Assembly (NCBI GenBank): GCA_964422585.1
Contig: CAYRBH010000003.1
Span: 11,397 to 75,396, forward strand
Reading direction: 5' to 3'
DNA from: an uncultured Gammaproteobacteria bacterium
GTDB lineage: Bacteria; Patescibacteriota; Patescibacteriia; UBA1558; 2-01-FULL-52-15
DNA: 64,000 bases
The notes under the pieces are model-generated. The model did not search any database, had not been told where the DNA came from, and saw only the letters and a program-made list of their open reading frames with translations. Positions 9,161 to 18,229 of this stretch are shown here, piece after piece. The stretch's first letter is position 1; each line of letters opens with the position of its first letter. The position numbers were made by a program, and so were the translations under genes.

Positions 9161-10060
9161 ATGAAGATCGGATATATAGGTCTGGGAAAGATGGGTCACA
9201 ACATGGTCGAGCGTTTGCTCGAGAAGAAGTGGGAAGTCGTCGCGTGGAATCGCAGCGAAGGACCCTTGAAGAAGGTGGTTAGCAAAGGGGCAGTAGGAGC
9301 TTTGAGTATCAAAGCGCTGGTCGGCGACTTGCCGAAGCCACGATTGATCTGGATCATGTTGCCGCACGGGACTGTAGACATGATGCTAAAGAAACTCACG
9401 CCGCTGCTCTCGCCTGGCGACACGATCATTGACGGTGGCAATTCACCCTATTTCAAAACGATCGAACGAGCGAAGCGTCTGAAGAAAAAGGGTGTGCACT
9501 ATCTTGATGCCGGAGTCTCCGGCGGACCGAGCGGCGCTCGGAAAGGGGCTTGCGTCATGGTCGGCGGTGAGAGGAGAGTGTTCACGAAGCATGAAAAGTT
9601 ATTTAAAGACATAGCCTTACCGAACGGCTATGAGTATATGGGGATGTCAGGAGCCGGACATTTCGTGAAAATGGTACACAATGGCATCGAGTATGGCATG
9701 ATGCAGGCCTTGGCAGAAGGTTTCGCGGTCATGAAGAAATCGGCATATGATCTTGACCTGCGGGCAGTGGCAGAATTATATAATCATGGTAGCGTCATAG
9801 AATCTCGCCTCGTGAAATGGATTGCGAAGGCATATAAGGAGTATGGCGTGGCTCTGAAGGGTATCTCGGGTAAGGTGGCGGCCTCAGGCGAAGGTTTATG
9901 GACCGTGCAGACAGGCAAGCGGCTGAAAGTGTCGACAGAAAATATCAAGCAGGCATTGGATTTTAGAACTGCATCACAGAAAAAGCCGAGCTACACTGGA
10001 CAAGTATTGACCGCGATGCGCAATCAGTTTGGCGGACATTCGAAGAAGGGGGATAGATAA
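9161..10060 (+). CDS. gnd: 6-phosphogluconate dehydrogenase, short (about 300 aa) decarboxylating form
   Basis: MKIGYIGLGKMGHNMVERL Rossmann motif. 299 aa. Positioned between zwf and tkt. Confidence 0.7.
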   Translation: MKIGYIGLGKMGHNMVERLLEKKWEVVAWNRSEGPLKKVVSKGAVGALSIKALVGDLPKPRLIWIMLPHGTVDMMLKKLTPLLSPGDTIIDGGNSPYFKTIERAKRLKKKGVHYLDAGVSGGPSGARKGACVMVGGERRVFTKHEKLFKDIALPNGYEYMGMSGAGHFVKMVHNGIEYGMMQALAEGFAVMKKSAYDLDLRAVAELYNHGSVIESRLVKWIAKAYKEYGVALKGISGKVAASGEGLWTVQTGKRLKVSTENIKQALDFRTASQKKPSYTGQVLTAMRNQFGGHSKKGDR

Positions 10061-10062
10061 TC

Positions 10063-11904
10063 ATGAAATCCCCTGACATCAAAAAACTTGCTCAACTCAT
10101 CCGCTACTGGTCTTTGGTTTCAACGACCAAGGCTGGTTCTGGACATCCGACGTCTTCACTGTCTGCTGCTGATCTGATGGCAACATTATTTTTCGGCGGC
10201 TATTTTCGCTTCGATATCAAGAAGCCTGCCAATCCAAATAATGATCGTCTGATTTTCTCCAAAGGTCATGCCTCGCCATTGTTCTATGCCCTGTGGGCAG
10301 CGGCAAACGCTATTCCAGAGAAAGAGCTTATGACCTTGCGGAAATTCACTTCAAGACTCGAGGGTCATCCGACTATGCGCTTCCCCTATACCGAAGCTGC
10401 AACTGGTTCCCTGGGGCAGGGGCTTTCTATCGGGGTGGGCAGTGCCCTTGCCGCGAAGTATTTAGATAAGCTGCCGTATCGAACCTATGTGCTTCTAGGA
10501 GATAGCGAAATGGCTGAAGGTTCGGTGTGGGAGGCGATGCAATCAGCTGCGTACTATAAGCTGAATAATCTGATCGCCATCCTTGATGTGAATCGACTCG
10601 GTCAGCGTGGTGAGACGATGTATGGCTGGGACATAAGGAGCTACAAGAAGAAGGCCATCGCGTTTGGTTGGGATGTGCTGTTGGTCGACGGACATACGGT
10701 CGATGACATTTCATTAGCCTATAGCGAAGCTCTGGTTTCGAAAGATAAGCCAGTCATGATCATTGCAAAGACTATCAAAGGTAAAGGCGTGCGTTTCCTC
10801 GAGGATCAGGAAGGCTTCCATGGCAAGGCGCTGAATGAGCATGAATTAGAATCAGCTTTGAATGAGTTGGGTCCGGTGTCATTGACCTTGCGTGGCAGCC
10901 TAGAGCAGCCAAAAAAAGTTACGTTGGAAGTTATTGCGCCACAGAAAGCAAATAAGTTAGAAACTTTGAATGCGCGCTATGCGACCGATGAGTTGGTAGC
11001 CACCAGGAAGGCGTATGGAGACGCGTTACTGCTCCTCGCGAAGAGATTTCCGAAACTCATAGCGCTTGATGGTGAGGTTTCGAACTCGACCTATGCTGAT
11101 ATTTTCAAGAAAGCATATCCAAAGCGTTTCTTCGAGATGTATATCGCTGAACAGAATATGATTGGTGCTGCAGTAGGCCTTGCTCATCGCGGGTACATTC
11201 CTTTCGTTTCGACATTTGCAGCATTCATGACACGCGGCTTCGATCAATTGCGCATGGCACGCTACAGCGATGCGAATATCAAGCTCGTCGGCTCACACGC
11301 AGGCGTCTCGATAGGCGAGGACGGGTCATCGCAAATGGGGCTCGAAGATATTGCCATGTTTCGAAGTATAGAGGATTGCGTTGTGCTCTATCCTTCGGAT
11401 GCTATCTCAACGCATAAGATCATAGCAGAAGCAGCTCAGCACAAAGGCATGGTCTATATCCGCACGACACGCCCTGCAACGCCATTGCTCTATCCGGAGA
11501 GTCAGTCATTCCCGATCGGCGGCAGCAAGATCTTGAAGCAATCAAAGAAGGATAGCGCGACCATAGTCGCTGCTGGCATCACGGTGTATGAAGCATTGAA
11601 AGCCTATGAAGCATTGAAAAAGAAAAAAGTTTTTGTTCGAGTGATCGATGCGTATTCTATTAAGCCCATTGACGCCGCCTCAGTACGCCGCGCCGCGCAG
11701 CAGACTAAACGTATTATTACCGTGGAGGATCATCATGCTGAAGGAGGCCTAGGAGAAGCAGTGCTGGCCGCTCTCGCGCATACTACCGCGCGCGTGACCA
11801 TACTTGCTGTCAGAAAGATGCCGAGAAGCGGGAAGATGGATGAGCTTCTGAACTATGAGGGTATCAGCGCAGAGAGCATCGTTAAAGCGGCTGTACAGAA
11901 ATGA
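10063..11904 (+). CDS. tkt: Transketolase
   Basis: N-terminal TPP-binding GSGHPTSSLSAADLMATLFF motif. Length 613 aa. Pyrimidine-binding and C-terminal domains recognisable. Confidence 0.85.
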   Translation: MKSPDIKKLAQLIRYWSLVSTTKAGSGHPTSSLSAADLMATLFFGGYFRFDIKKPANPNNDRLIFSKGHASPLFYALWAAANAIPEKELMTLRKFTSRLEGHPTMRFPYTEAATGSLGQGLSIGVGSALAAKYLDKLPYRTYVLLGDSEMAEGSVWEAMQSAAYYKLNNLIAILDVNRLGQRGETMYGWDIRSYKKKAIAFGWDVLLVDGHTVDDISLAYSEALVSKDKPVMIIAKTIKGKGVRFLEDQEGFHGKALNEHELESALNELGPVSLTLRGSLEQPKKVTLEVIAPQKANKLETLNARYATDELVATRKAYGDALLLLAKRFPKLIALDGEVSNSTYADIFKKAYPKRFFEMYIAEQNMIGAAVGLAHRGYIPFVSTFAAFMTRGFDQLRMARYSDANIKLVGSHAGVSIGEDGSSQMGLEDIAMFRSIEDCVVLYPSDAISTHKIIAEAAQHKGMVYIRTTRPATPLLYPESQSFPIGGSKILKQSKKDSATIVAAGITVYEALKAYEALKKKKVFVRVIDAYSIKPIDAASVRRAAQQTKRIITVEDHHAEGGLGEAVLAALAHTTARVTILAVRKMPRSGKMDELLNYEGISAESIVKAAVQK

Positions 11905-12764
11905 AGCCTTCGCATATTCATACGAAGATTTTTCTTGATTCTGGAGATCCTGCTGAAACGCAACAGGCACTCGATAGATTGGGCTTCCTTGATGGTCAGA
12001 CTACAAACCCGACCTTGGTAGCGAAGAATCCCTACGCGAAAGGGCGTTTCGACAGAGGGGAGAAGTTCGCCAGTCTGGAGCTACTTGAGTTGTATCGGAA
12101 GGTGGTCACTGACATCTCGAAACTCATACCGCAGGGTTCTGTTTCGATTGAAGTATATGCTGATGCTACGACCAGCGTCGAAGCAATGATATTGCAGGCT
12201 CGTGAGTTCTATGCATGGATACCGAATGCGCATATCAAATTCCCAACAACCAACGCTGGGCTGCTTGCAGCAGAGACGCTCGTCAAAGAAGGTATGCGGG
12301 TAAATATGACCCTGTGCTTCTCGCAGGCGCAGGCCGCAGCGGTCTATGGGGCGACGCGTGGCGCACGCAAGGGACAGGTCTTCATCTCGCCATTCATAGG
12401 CCGCCTCGATGATGTTGGTCAGAATGGCATGGATCTCATCGCGAATATCGTCAAAATGTATCGTATTGGCGATGGCCATGTCGAAGTATTGGCGGCAAGT
12501 GTGAGAACTATGGAGCATTTTTTATGTTCATTAGCGCTCGATGCTGATATTATTACCGCGCCTATAAGTATATTGAAAGAGTGGGCAGTTCTTGGTATGC
12601 CCTTGCCTGACGCGGACTATCGCTATAATCAGAAAGCGCTCTGGAATATCAAATATGAGATGTTGTCCTTATCCGGCGACTGGAGACGCTTCAATGTACA
12701 TCATGAGCTTACTGATAAAGGTATCAAAAAGTTCGCAGATGATTGGAACGCACTTCTGAATTAA
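11901..12764 (+). CDS. tal: Transaldolase
   Basis: IFLDSGDPAETQQA ... GQTTNPTLVAK motifs. 4-nt ATGA overlap with tkt. Confidence 0.8.
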   Translation: MKPSHIHTKIFLDSGDPAETQQALDRLGFLDGQTTNPTLVAKNPYAKGRFDRGEKFASLELLELYRKVVTDISKLIPQGSVSIEVYADATTSVEAMILQAREFYAWIPNAHIKFPTTNAGLLAAETLVKEGMRVNMTLCFSQAQAAAVYGATRGARKGQVFISPFIGRLDDVGQNGMDLIANIVKMYRIGDGHVEVLAASVRTMEHFLCSLALDADIITAPISILKEWAVLGMPLPDADYRYNQKALWNIKYEMLSLSGDWRRFNVHHELTDKGIKKFADDWNALLN

Positions 12765-12765
12765 T

Positions 12766-13374
12766 ATGAAACTCTACGACATCTCGGTAGTACTTTCGAA
12801 TGCTACGGCTACCTATCCGGGTGATCCGAAAGTGACGATCGGCCGCGGGCCGAAACCTTTCATCTCAAGTATTGCCATGGGCACGCATTCGGGAACGCAT
12901 ATTGACGCGCCGCGGCACGTATTCGCCCGCGGCCGTGGTATCGAATCGTTTTCTTTCTCCCAGTTTATGGGACCGTGCCGAGTGCTTGATTGTACCAAGG
13001 TGAAAGGTGGTATCACAGCAGCGGATCTTAGGAAAGCACGCGTGAAGAAAGGTGAGCGCATTTTGTTGAAAACAAGTAATTCGAGGAGGGGTTTCAAAAA
13101 ATTCTACCCCGACTATGTGTATTTGAGTCCTGATGGCGCGAAGTATTTGGCGGCAAGGGGCGCAGTGTTGGTAGGGATCGATGCATGGTCTATCAAACAG
13201 CGTGGCAATCAAGATAATCGTCCGCATATCGCGCTCTTGAAGCATACTATCGTGATCCTTGAGACTATCGACCTGTCCAAGGTACAGCCGGGTGCCTATA
13301 TGCTCATACTCTTACCGCTTCGTATCCAGAATAGTGACGGAGCACCCTCTCGGGCCGTGCTTATACAAGACTAG
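12766..13374 (+). CDS. Cyclase-family protein (kynurenine formamidase-like metal hydrolase)
   Basis: HSGTHIDAPRH signature of the putative cyclase / arylformamidase family. Confidence 0.7.
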   Translation: MKLYDISVVLSNATATYPGDPKVTIGRGPKPFISSIAMGTHSGTHIDAPRHVFARGRGIESFSFSQFMGPCRVLDCTKVKGGITAADLRKARVKKGERILLKTSNSRRGFKKFYPDYVYLSPDGAKYLAARGAVLVGIDAWSIKQRGNQDNRPHIALLKHTIVILETIDLSKVQPGAYMLILLPLRIQNSDGAPSRAVLIQD

Positions 13375-13398
13375 CTCGCTATGTTACAATAGGTAGAG

Positions 13399-14100
13399 AT
13401 GTCTATGCCTCAAATCTACTCATTCCAAGCAGACGGATCATTTCAGGATCTGCAGGATTTCGGGAAAAAGGTCTACTCAGTGCCCGATGATCGCATGTTC
13501 TCGCTCTCTGACCTCTTGTCGAATCAAGAGCGATTCATTATGCGCGCGTTGAAAGGCATGCGTAAGGGTAACACAGAAAAACTTAAGAAAAATCTGCTGA
13601 TCGGCGGTTCATGGCTTATCGAGATTGCGAATCGGATGCATATCGATCTGGAAGACTCGCTCTGGGAACGATTCCCTGGCGTCTGTTCATATTGTGGCAA
13701 TGCTCCCTGCATCTGTAAATCGATCAAACAGGAGCAGAGAAAGAAAGTACGTGTCGATGCATCGAAACGTCCGCGCAGTGTCGCGGCTTTTCAGCAAATG
13801 TTCAATACTATTTATCCGCAGGCATCGCGAACCATCTACGAAGCGGGCGTGCATCTTGCAGAAGAGATCGGGGAGGTGAGCGAAGCCATACATGCGTATA
13901 GTGGTGAGCATAAGGCTGAGCAATTCAGTGCTATCGAGGACGAGATAGCTGATGAATTCTCGTGCATCATGGGAGTGGCAAATTCAGCTGGCATCGATGT
14001 GGCGCAAGGCTATGCGGAGATGTATTATCAGAATTGCCATGTGTGTCATGAGGCGCCCTGTGTCTGCAATTTTTCCTTTATAACTAAGTTTAACTCATAA
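13399..14100 (+). CDS. MazG-like nucleotide pyrophosphohydrolase-related protein with two C-x2-C-x3-PC-x-C knuckles
   Basis: All-alpha EExxE/D motifs (HLAEEIGEVSEAI, EDEIADEFSCIMG) typical of MazG/HisE-like NTP-PPases. CSYCGNAPCICKS and CHVCHEAPCVCNF each follow a half-domain. Confidence 0.5.
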   Translation: MSMPQIYSFQADGSFQDLQDFGKKVYSVPDDRMFSLSDLLSNQERFIMRALKGMRKGNTEKLKKNLLIGGSWLIEIANRMHIDLEDSLWERFPGVCSYCGNAPCICKSIKQEQRKKVRVDASKRPRSVAAFQQMFNTIYPQASRTIYEAGVHLAEEIGEVSEAIHAYSGEHKAEQFSAIEDEIADEFSCIMGVANSAGIDVAQGYAEMYYQNCHVCHEAPCVCNFSFITKFNS

Positions 14101-14117
14101 TCAGTAACATACAACAT

Positions 14118-14534
14118 ATGTGGTTTACGACGGATCATTTAGTACCGGTGCTGGCGACGACGATCGTGGGCATGATCATTGGGGCGCTCTGGTACTCGCC
14201 GGTGATGTTCGCGAAGCAGTGGAAGGAGCTCGCCTTCAAGAATAATCCACCGAGTGACGCGCAAATGAAAAAAGATATGCCAGTCGCAATGCTTGGAATG
14301 TTGCTGGTCCTGCTCTTCAAAGTATATATTTTGAGCACGTTTTTGCAGATCATGGGTGTGACCGATGCATTGACCGGAGCGCAGTATGGATTGTGGCTTG
14401 GAGTTGGTTTTATTGCCACTTCTTTCACCGACTCACTTTTTTTCGAACGAAAGCCATTGAAGCTCTATATCATCAATGTAGGCTACCATATGGTCTCGAT
14501 GGCAGTGATGGGCGCCATTCTTGGCGCATGGTAA
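14118..14534 (+). CDS. DUF1761-family small membrane protein
   Basis: GALWYSPVMFAKQW motif and four hydrophobic segments. 138 aa. Confidence 0.45.
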   Translation: MWFTTDHLVPVLATTIVGMIIGALWYSPVMFAKQWKELAFKNNPPSDAQMKKDMPVAMLGMLLVLLFKVYILSTFLQIMGVTDALTGAQYGLWLGVGFIATSFTDSLFFERKPLKLYIINVGYHMVSMAVMGAILGAW

Positions 14535-14582
14535 AGTCGTTACCTCACGTAGGACACTAGCAGGAGTAGTATATCTGTGAAG

Positions 14583-14616
14583 GGCCTTGTCTCACTGACA
14601 AGGCCTGGTTGTTATG
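14583..14616 (+). terminator. Stem-loop (9 bp perfect stem GGCCTTGTC/GACAAGGCC, loop TCACT) followed by a T-rich tract; terminator between convergent genes
   Basis: Read directly at 14583-14605. Downstream tract is TGGTTGTTAT. Confidence 0.45.
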
Positions 14617-14637
14617 CAGAGAGGCGCTTTCGGTGGG

Positions 14638-15390
14638 TTAACGAAGAAACGCGAAATAGGCGGTGATCAGTACAGCAAGGGTGATAGCGAAACCAACATA
14701 GGTGCCCGCATTTCGATAGTGTCGCGCTTTGATGGTTTTGAAGAACCAGAACAGCTGACCGAGCACTGCCAGCGCCGTGATGCCTACGAGTAAGCCCCCA
14801 GGCGGATCTTGATAGATGTGTGGGTTCGTCAGCAACCAATGAAAGATTGAAGCCGGAAAGGCTATATAGACGAATCGATGTAAGAACTTCCATTTCCTAC
14901 CCATCACCCGCATCGCCCAATCAGTCGAGGTGAGTAGCATCGCGAAGAGTATGCTGTAGGCGATGGTTCCGAAAATGATCGGGTTGTCGATAGGATTCCA
15001 GGAGTAGTAGAGACTTCCCAGGTCGCCGCCATACAGCGTGAATATGACGAAATAAACATGGATGCTGATGCAGAGTGCGCCAGCAACCCCGAGATAGCGG
15101 CGTATTCTCCAGCGGCTGGCATATTTCGGGTACCATTTGAAAATTGCGCTCGAAAAAAGGGAAGATGCTATCAAGGTAGCTCCTGCGAAGGCCGCGCCAT
15201 AGATGATATCTTCCGTGAAGGTCGAGTGCCGATTAAAGAAATATTGATACCCGATCTCGAGTAGCAGGAATAGAAGCGAGCCGGTAGCGAAGAGTACTAT
15301 GAAAGACCAACTTGCTATATTCAAGGTCTTTGTTGGTGAAGTCTGTGGCAGCTGAGCTGCTGGCGGTATTGGCGTAGCAGGCATAGGCAA
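14638..15390 (-). CDS. Ferric-reductase-like transmembrane heme-binding protein (MsrQ/YedZ-like)
   Basis: GRKWKFLHRFVYIAFPASIFHW resembles the MsrQ W..LHRLVY...LH heme-ligand region. Six TM segments. Confidence 0.5.
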   Translation of the reverse strand: MPMPATPIPPAAQLPQTSPTKTLNIASWSFIVLFATGSLLFLLLEIGYQYFFNRHSTFTEDIIYGAAFAGATLIASSLFSSAIFKWYPKYASRWRIRRYLGVAGALCISIHVYFVIFTLYGGDLGSLYYSWNPIDNPIIFGTIAYSILFAMLLTSTDWAMRVMGRKWKFLHRFVYIAFPASIFHWLLTNPHIYQDPPGGLLVGITALAVLGQLFWFFKTIKARHYRNAGTYVGFAITLAVLITAYFAFLR

Positions 15391-15654
15391 TTATTTCCCC
15401 CAGCGCCAACGAGGCTTCTCGCCGGTGCGATAACAAATAAGGATCAAAACACTCGTGAGAAGTACGACCCATGCGCTATAGAGTGTTAGAGCGAAAGCGC
15501 TTGGCATAGCTTCTTCTGACAAGAACGACCGTATGAATAGTATCTCACTGATGGTAACTATACCCACATAGATCAAAATAATGAGCACGCCTTGCCAACT
15601 TGACGGGTACCAGCCCCAGCCATACCGTTTTGCCTTGAACCACAGTTTCTTCAT
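15391..15654 (-). CDS. Small membrane protein (hypothetical)
   Basis: Trimmed to the internal start MKKLWFKAKRYGWGWYP (15654). The long ORF form would overlap the RRM gene and its terminator. Confidence 0.4.
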   Translation of the reverse strand: MKKLWFKAKRYGWGWYPSSWQGVLIILIYVGIVTISEILFIRSFLSEEAMPSAFALTLYSAWVVLLTSVLILICYRTGEKPRWRWGK

Positions 15655-15679
15655 ATCAGCATTGTACAGTTTTATTAGA

Positions 15680-15712
15680 AATAAAACACTCCCCGTATGG
15701 GGGAGTGTTTTG
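15680..15712 (-). terminator. Rho-independent terminator of the RRM gene (10 bp stem AACACTCCCC/GGGGAGTGTT flanked by A-run and T-run, bidirectional)
   Basis: aaaAACACTCCCCgtatgGGGGAGTGTTtt read at 15682-15711. On the minus strand the stem is followed by TTTTATTTCT. Confidence 0.65.
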
Positions 15713-15724
15713 AGAGGTATAGAT

Positions 15725-16054
15725 TTACCAATCGTTTCGACGACCGCCGCCGCCATCTCGACCGCCGCGGTTGAAACCGCCGCCGTTCGATCGTGGAGGA
15801 CGTGCTTCCATCGGACGAGCTTCATTGACCGTCAGTGTACGGCCTTCGAATTCCTTGCCGTTCCACATGTCGATCGCAGCCTGCGCTTCTTCATCAGAAG
15901 CCATCTCGACGAAACCGAAACCCTTTGAGCGGCCGCTCATGCGATCAATGATGATCGTAGCGGACTCAACGGTACCAGCTTGCGAGAATGCTTCGCGCAA
16001 AGCCTGTTCGTTGGTGCTATACGGCAAGCCACCAACATAGAGTTTTTTTGCCAT
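15725..16054 (-). CDS. RRM-domain glycine-rich RNA-binding protein with RGG C-terminal tail
   Basis: MAKKLYVGGLPYSTNEQ (RNP2), RSKGFGFVEM (RNP1), C-terminal GGGFNRGGRDGGGGRR. Start trimmed to MAKKL at 16054. Confidence 0.85.
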   Translation of the reverse strand: MAKKLYVGGLPYSTNEQALREAFSQAGTVESATIIIDRMSGRSKGFGFVEMASDEEAQAAIDMWNGKEFEGRTLTVNEARPMEARPPRSNGGGFNRGGRDGGGGRRNDW

Positions 16055-16237
16055 TTCGTATGTGCTTACTTTCTTATATGTAAGGGCGACCTCTTCCTCT
16101 GGGTTCTTACATCCTGCCTCTAGTGAAGCAGTAATCCTTACACTTGAAAGTAAGCTAAGGAGAGAAAACCTATCGGAATACACTTACAAAAGGAAATATA
16201 CCACGTTATATCTATAATGTCAATCTAGTGGATGGCT

Positions 16238-16600
16238 TTACTCAGGTTTATGGCAGACTGCCTCAATGTTATTTCCGTCCATATCATGGACGAAGGCAGC
16301 ATAGTAATTCGGATGGTAGTCTTTGCGGATCCCTGGTTTGCCATTGTCCGTGCCGCCTGCGGCCATTGCTGCTGTATAGAATGCGTCTACTGCGGCTCGG
16401 CTTTCAGCTGCAAAGGCCACATGTGTGGCGCGTGCCTGTTCATCTTCTCCGAGCCAGAGATCTGGTTTGCCAGCGATACCGAAACCACCGGCGCCATCAT
16501 ACTCCATGACGAGCTCATAGCCTAATGGCTTGAGAGCCGCGAGGTAGAATGGTTTTGCTTTCGCATAATGTTTCACGCGAAGCGAAATGTGATCCAGCAT
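16238..16600 (-). CDS. VOC (glyoxalase/bleomycin-resistance/dioxygenase) family protein
   Basis: MLDHISLRVKHYAKAKPFY N-terminus and paired beta-alpha-beta-beta-beta module. 120 aa. Confidence 0.65.
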   Translation of the reverse strand: MLDHISLRVKHYAKAKPFYLAALKPLGYELVMEYDGAGGFGIAGKPDLWLGEDEQARATHVAFAAESRAAVDAFYTAAMAAGGTDNGKPGIRKDYHPNYYAAFVHDMDGNNIEAVCHKPE

Positions 16601-16640
16601 AGTATTAGTTGTTACTACTTAGTAAAGTTTGGTTGCCTTG

Positions 16641-17609
16641 CTATTTCTTCCGTGACGCATACCAGGCAATGGTTCGTTGCAAGCCTTGCTCGAAATTGTA
16701 CTGTGGACGATAGCCGAGGGATTTTTTCGCCTTATCTATGTTCGCATGCGTATGCCGTACATCGCCGACGCGAGTCGGACGCAGCTGCAGCGTTAATTTT
16801 TTGCCCGTATACTTCTCGATGAGCTTTTTCACCTCCAGAAGCGTGGTGCGCTTCCCGTGAGCGATATTGAACGCCTCGCCATTAAATTTTTTGGCCCTGA
16901 AGAGCGCTTTCATATTTGCCTGTACGACATTATCGACATAACAGAAATCTCGTGATTGCTTGCCATCGCCCTCGAGGAACCCTTTTTTCTTCTTGGGGAA
17001 GTACAATGACTCGAGCCACGCTGAAACTACGGTCGAATACGCTGCATTGCCATACTGTCCTGGTCCGAATACATTGAAGTAGCGCAAGCATACGGTATCA
17101 AGTCCGAAGAGGTTACTGAAGATCTGACAGAAAGGCTCCCCGGTATATTTCTGCACAGCATAGGGAGACACAGGGTGTGGAGGATTTTCATTCTCCTTCG
17201 TCGGTAATTTCTTCGCACCACCATAGATAGAGGATGAGGAAGAATAGACAACGCGCTTCACATGAGCGTCGCGGCTTGCCTCGAGGATCGCGACCGTCCC
17301 GACGATATTCGAGATCGTCGTCTCAGTGGGGTGCTCTACGCTATAGGATACGCGAGGTCGGGCAGCGAAGTGTACGACATACTGGGGTCTATGCTTTTTG
17401 AATATGCTTTTGACGAATGCCAGGTCAGCGACATCACCTTCATAGAAAACGATACGCTTGTCGACAGCGCTTCTGCGGCCGGTGGAGAAATCGTCGATGC
17501 CGATGACAGTGTCGTTCGGATAACGGTCAATATACTGCCGTGTGAAATTGGATCCGATGAAACCGGCGACACCAGTGACAAGGATGGTTCTTTTTGCAGG
17601 ATGCGGCAT
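16641..17609 (-). CDS. NAD-dependent sugar epimerase/dehydratase (SDR extended family, UDP-sugar 4-epimerase-like)
   Basis: ILVTGVAGFIGSNF Rossmann motif and YAVQK (YxxxK) catalytic motif. Start trimmed to MPHPAKR (17609) to avoid overlap with tag. Confidence 0.75.
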   Translation of the reverse strand: MPHPAKRTILVTGVAGFIGSNFTRQYIDRYPNDTVIGIDDFSTGRRSAVDKRIVFYEGDVADLAFVKSIFKKHRPQYVVHFAARPRVSYSVEHPTETTISNIVGTVAILEASRDAHVKRVVYSSSSSIYGGAKKLPTKENENPPHPVSPYAVQKYTGEPFCQIFSNLFGLDTVCLRYFNVFGPGQYGNAAYSTVVSAWLESLYFPKKKKGFLEGDGKQSRDFCYVDNVVQANMKALFRAKKFNGEAFNIAHGKRTTLLEVKKLIEKYTGKKLTLQLRPTRVGDVRHTHANIDKAKKSLGYRPQYNFEQGLQRTIAWYASRKK

Positions 17610-17625
17610 AGAGTTGTAGTCTACC

Positions 17626-18225
17626 CTATCTTTGTCGATGAGACAACCGATTTCTTTTCGCAACCATACGGTACCTGAAACAACTCACAGTATGGTCATT
17701 GACCATACCGGCCGCTTGCATGAAAGCATAACAGATAGTAGATCCAACGAAGGTAAAGCCTCTGCTCCTTAGATCAGCGCTCATAGCGTCAGATTCGGGA
17801 CTGCGGGCAGGTATATCCTGCACTGTATGTCGTGTATTGCGTATCGTTCGGCGCTTGGTAAATTGCCAAATGTAGTTGTCGAAGGTTTTGAATTCCTTCT
17901 GTACCGCGAGGAATGCTTTTGCATTCTGCACGGTGCCGCGTATTTTCAGACGATTGCGTATGATGCCTGCATCAGTAAGCAGCTTTTTGATCTTTGTCTC
18001 AGAGTAGCGCGCTATCTTTCTATAATCGAAATTGTCGAACGCTTTCTCGAAGTTTTTACGCTTATAGAGTATGGTTTTCCAGCTTAAGCCAGCTTGGAAT
18101 GCATCCAACACCATGAATTCGAAGATCTTGCGGTCATTGTGTAATGGCACGCCCCATTCAGCGTCATGGTACTGGTTCATGAGCGCATCATTCGATGTCC
18201 AGCCGCAGCGATTTTTTTCTTTCAT
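17626..18225 (-). CDS. tag: DNA-3-methyladenine glycosylase I
   Basis: CGWTSNDALMNQYHDAEWGVP and FEFMVLDAFQAGLSWKTIL are hallmark Tag motifs. Confidence 0.9.
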   Translation of the reverse strand: MKEKNRCGWTSNDALMNQYHDAEWGVPLHNDRKIFEFMVLDAFQAGLSWKTILYKRKNFEKAFDNFDYRKIARYSETKIKKLLTDAGIIRNRLKIRGTVQNAKAFLAVQKEFKTFDNYIWQFTKRRTIRNTRHTVQDIPARSPESDAMSADLRSRGFTFVGSTICYAFMQAAGMVNDHTVSCFRYRMVAKRNRLSHRQR

Positions 18226-18229
18226 ATGG

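Noticed and set aside
15655-15825. Long form of ORF 15391..15825 overlapping the RRM gene
   Set aside because: The overlap region contains the RRM gene's perfect terminator hairpin. The internal start at 15654 yields a coherent small membrane protein.
16228-16525. Two overlapping plus-strand ORFs (93 and 97 aa), Cys/His/Arg-rich
   Set aside because: They are antisense to the well-supported VOC-family gene and have no independent signals.
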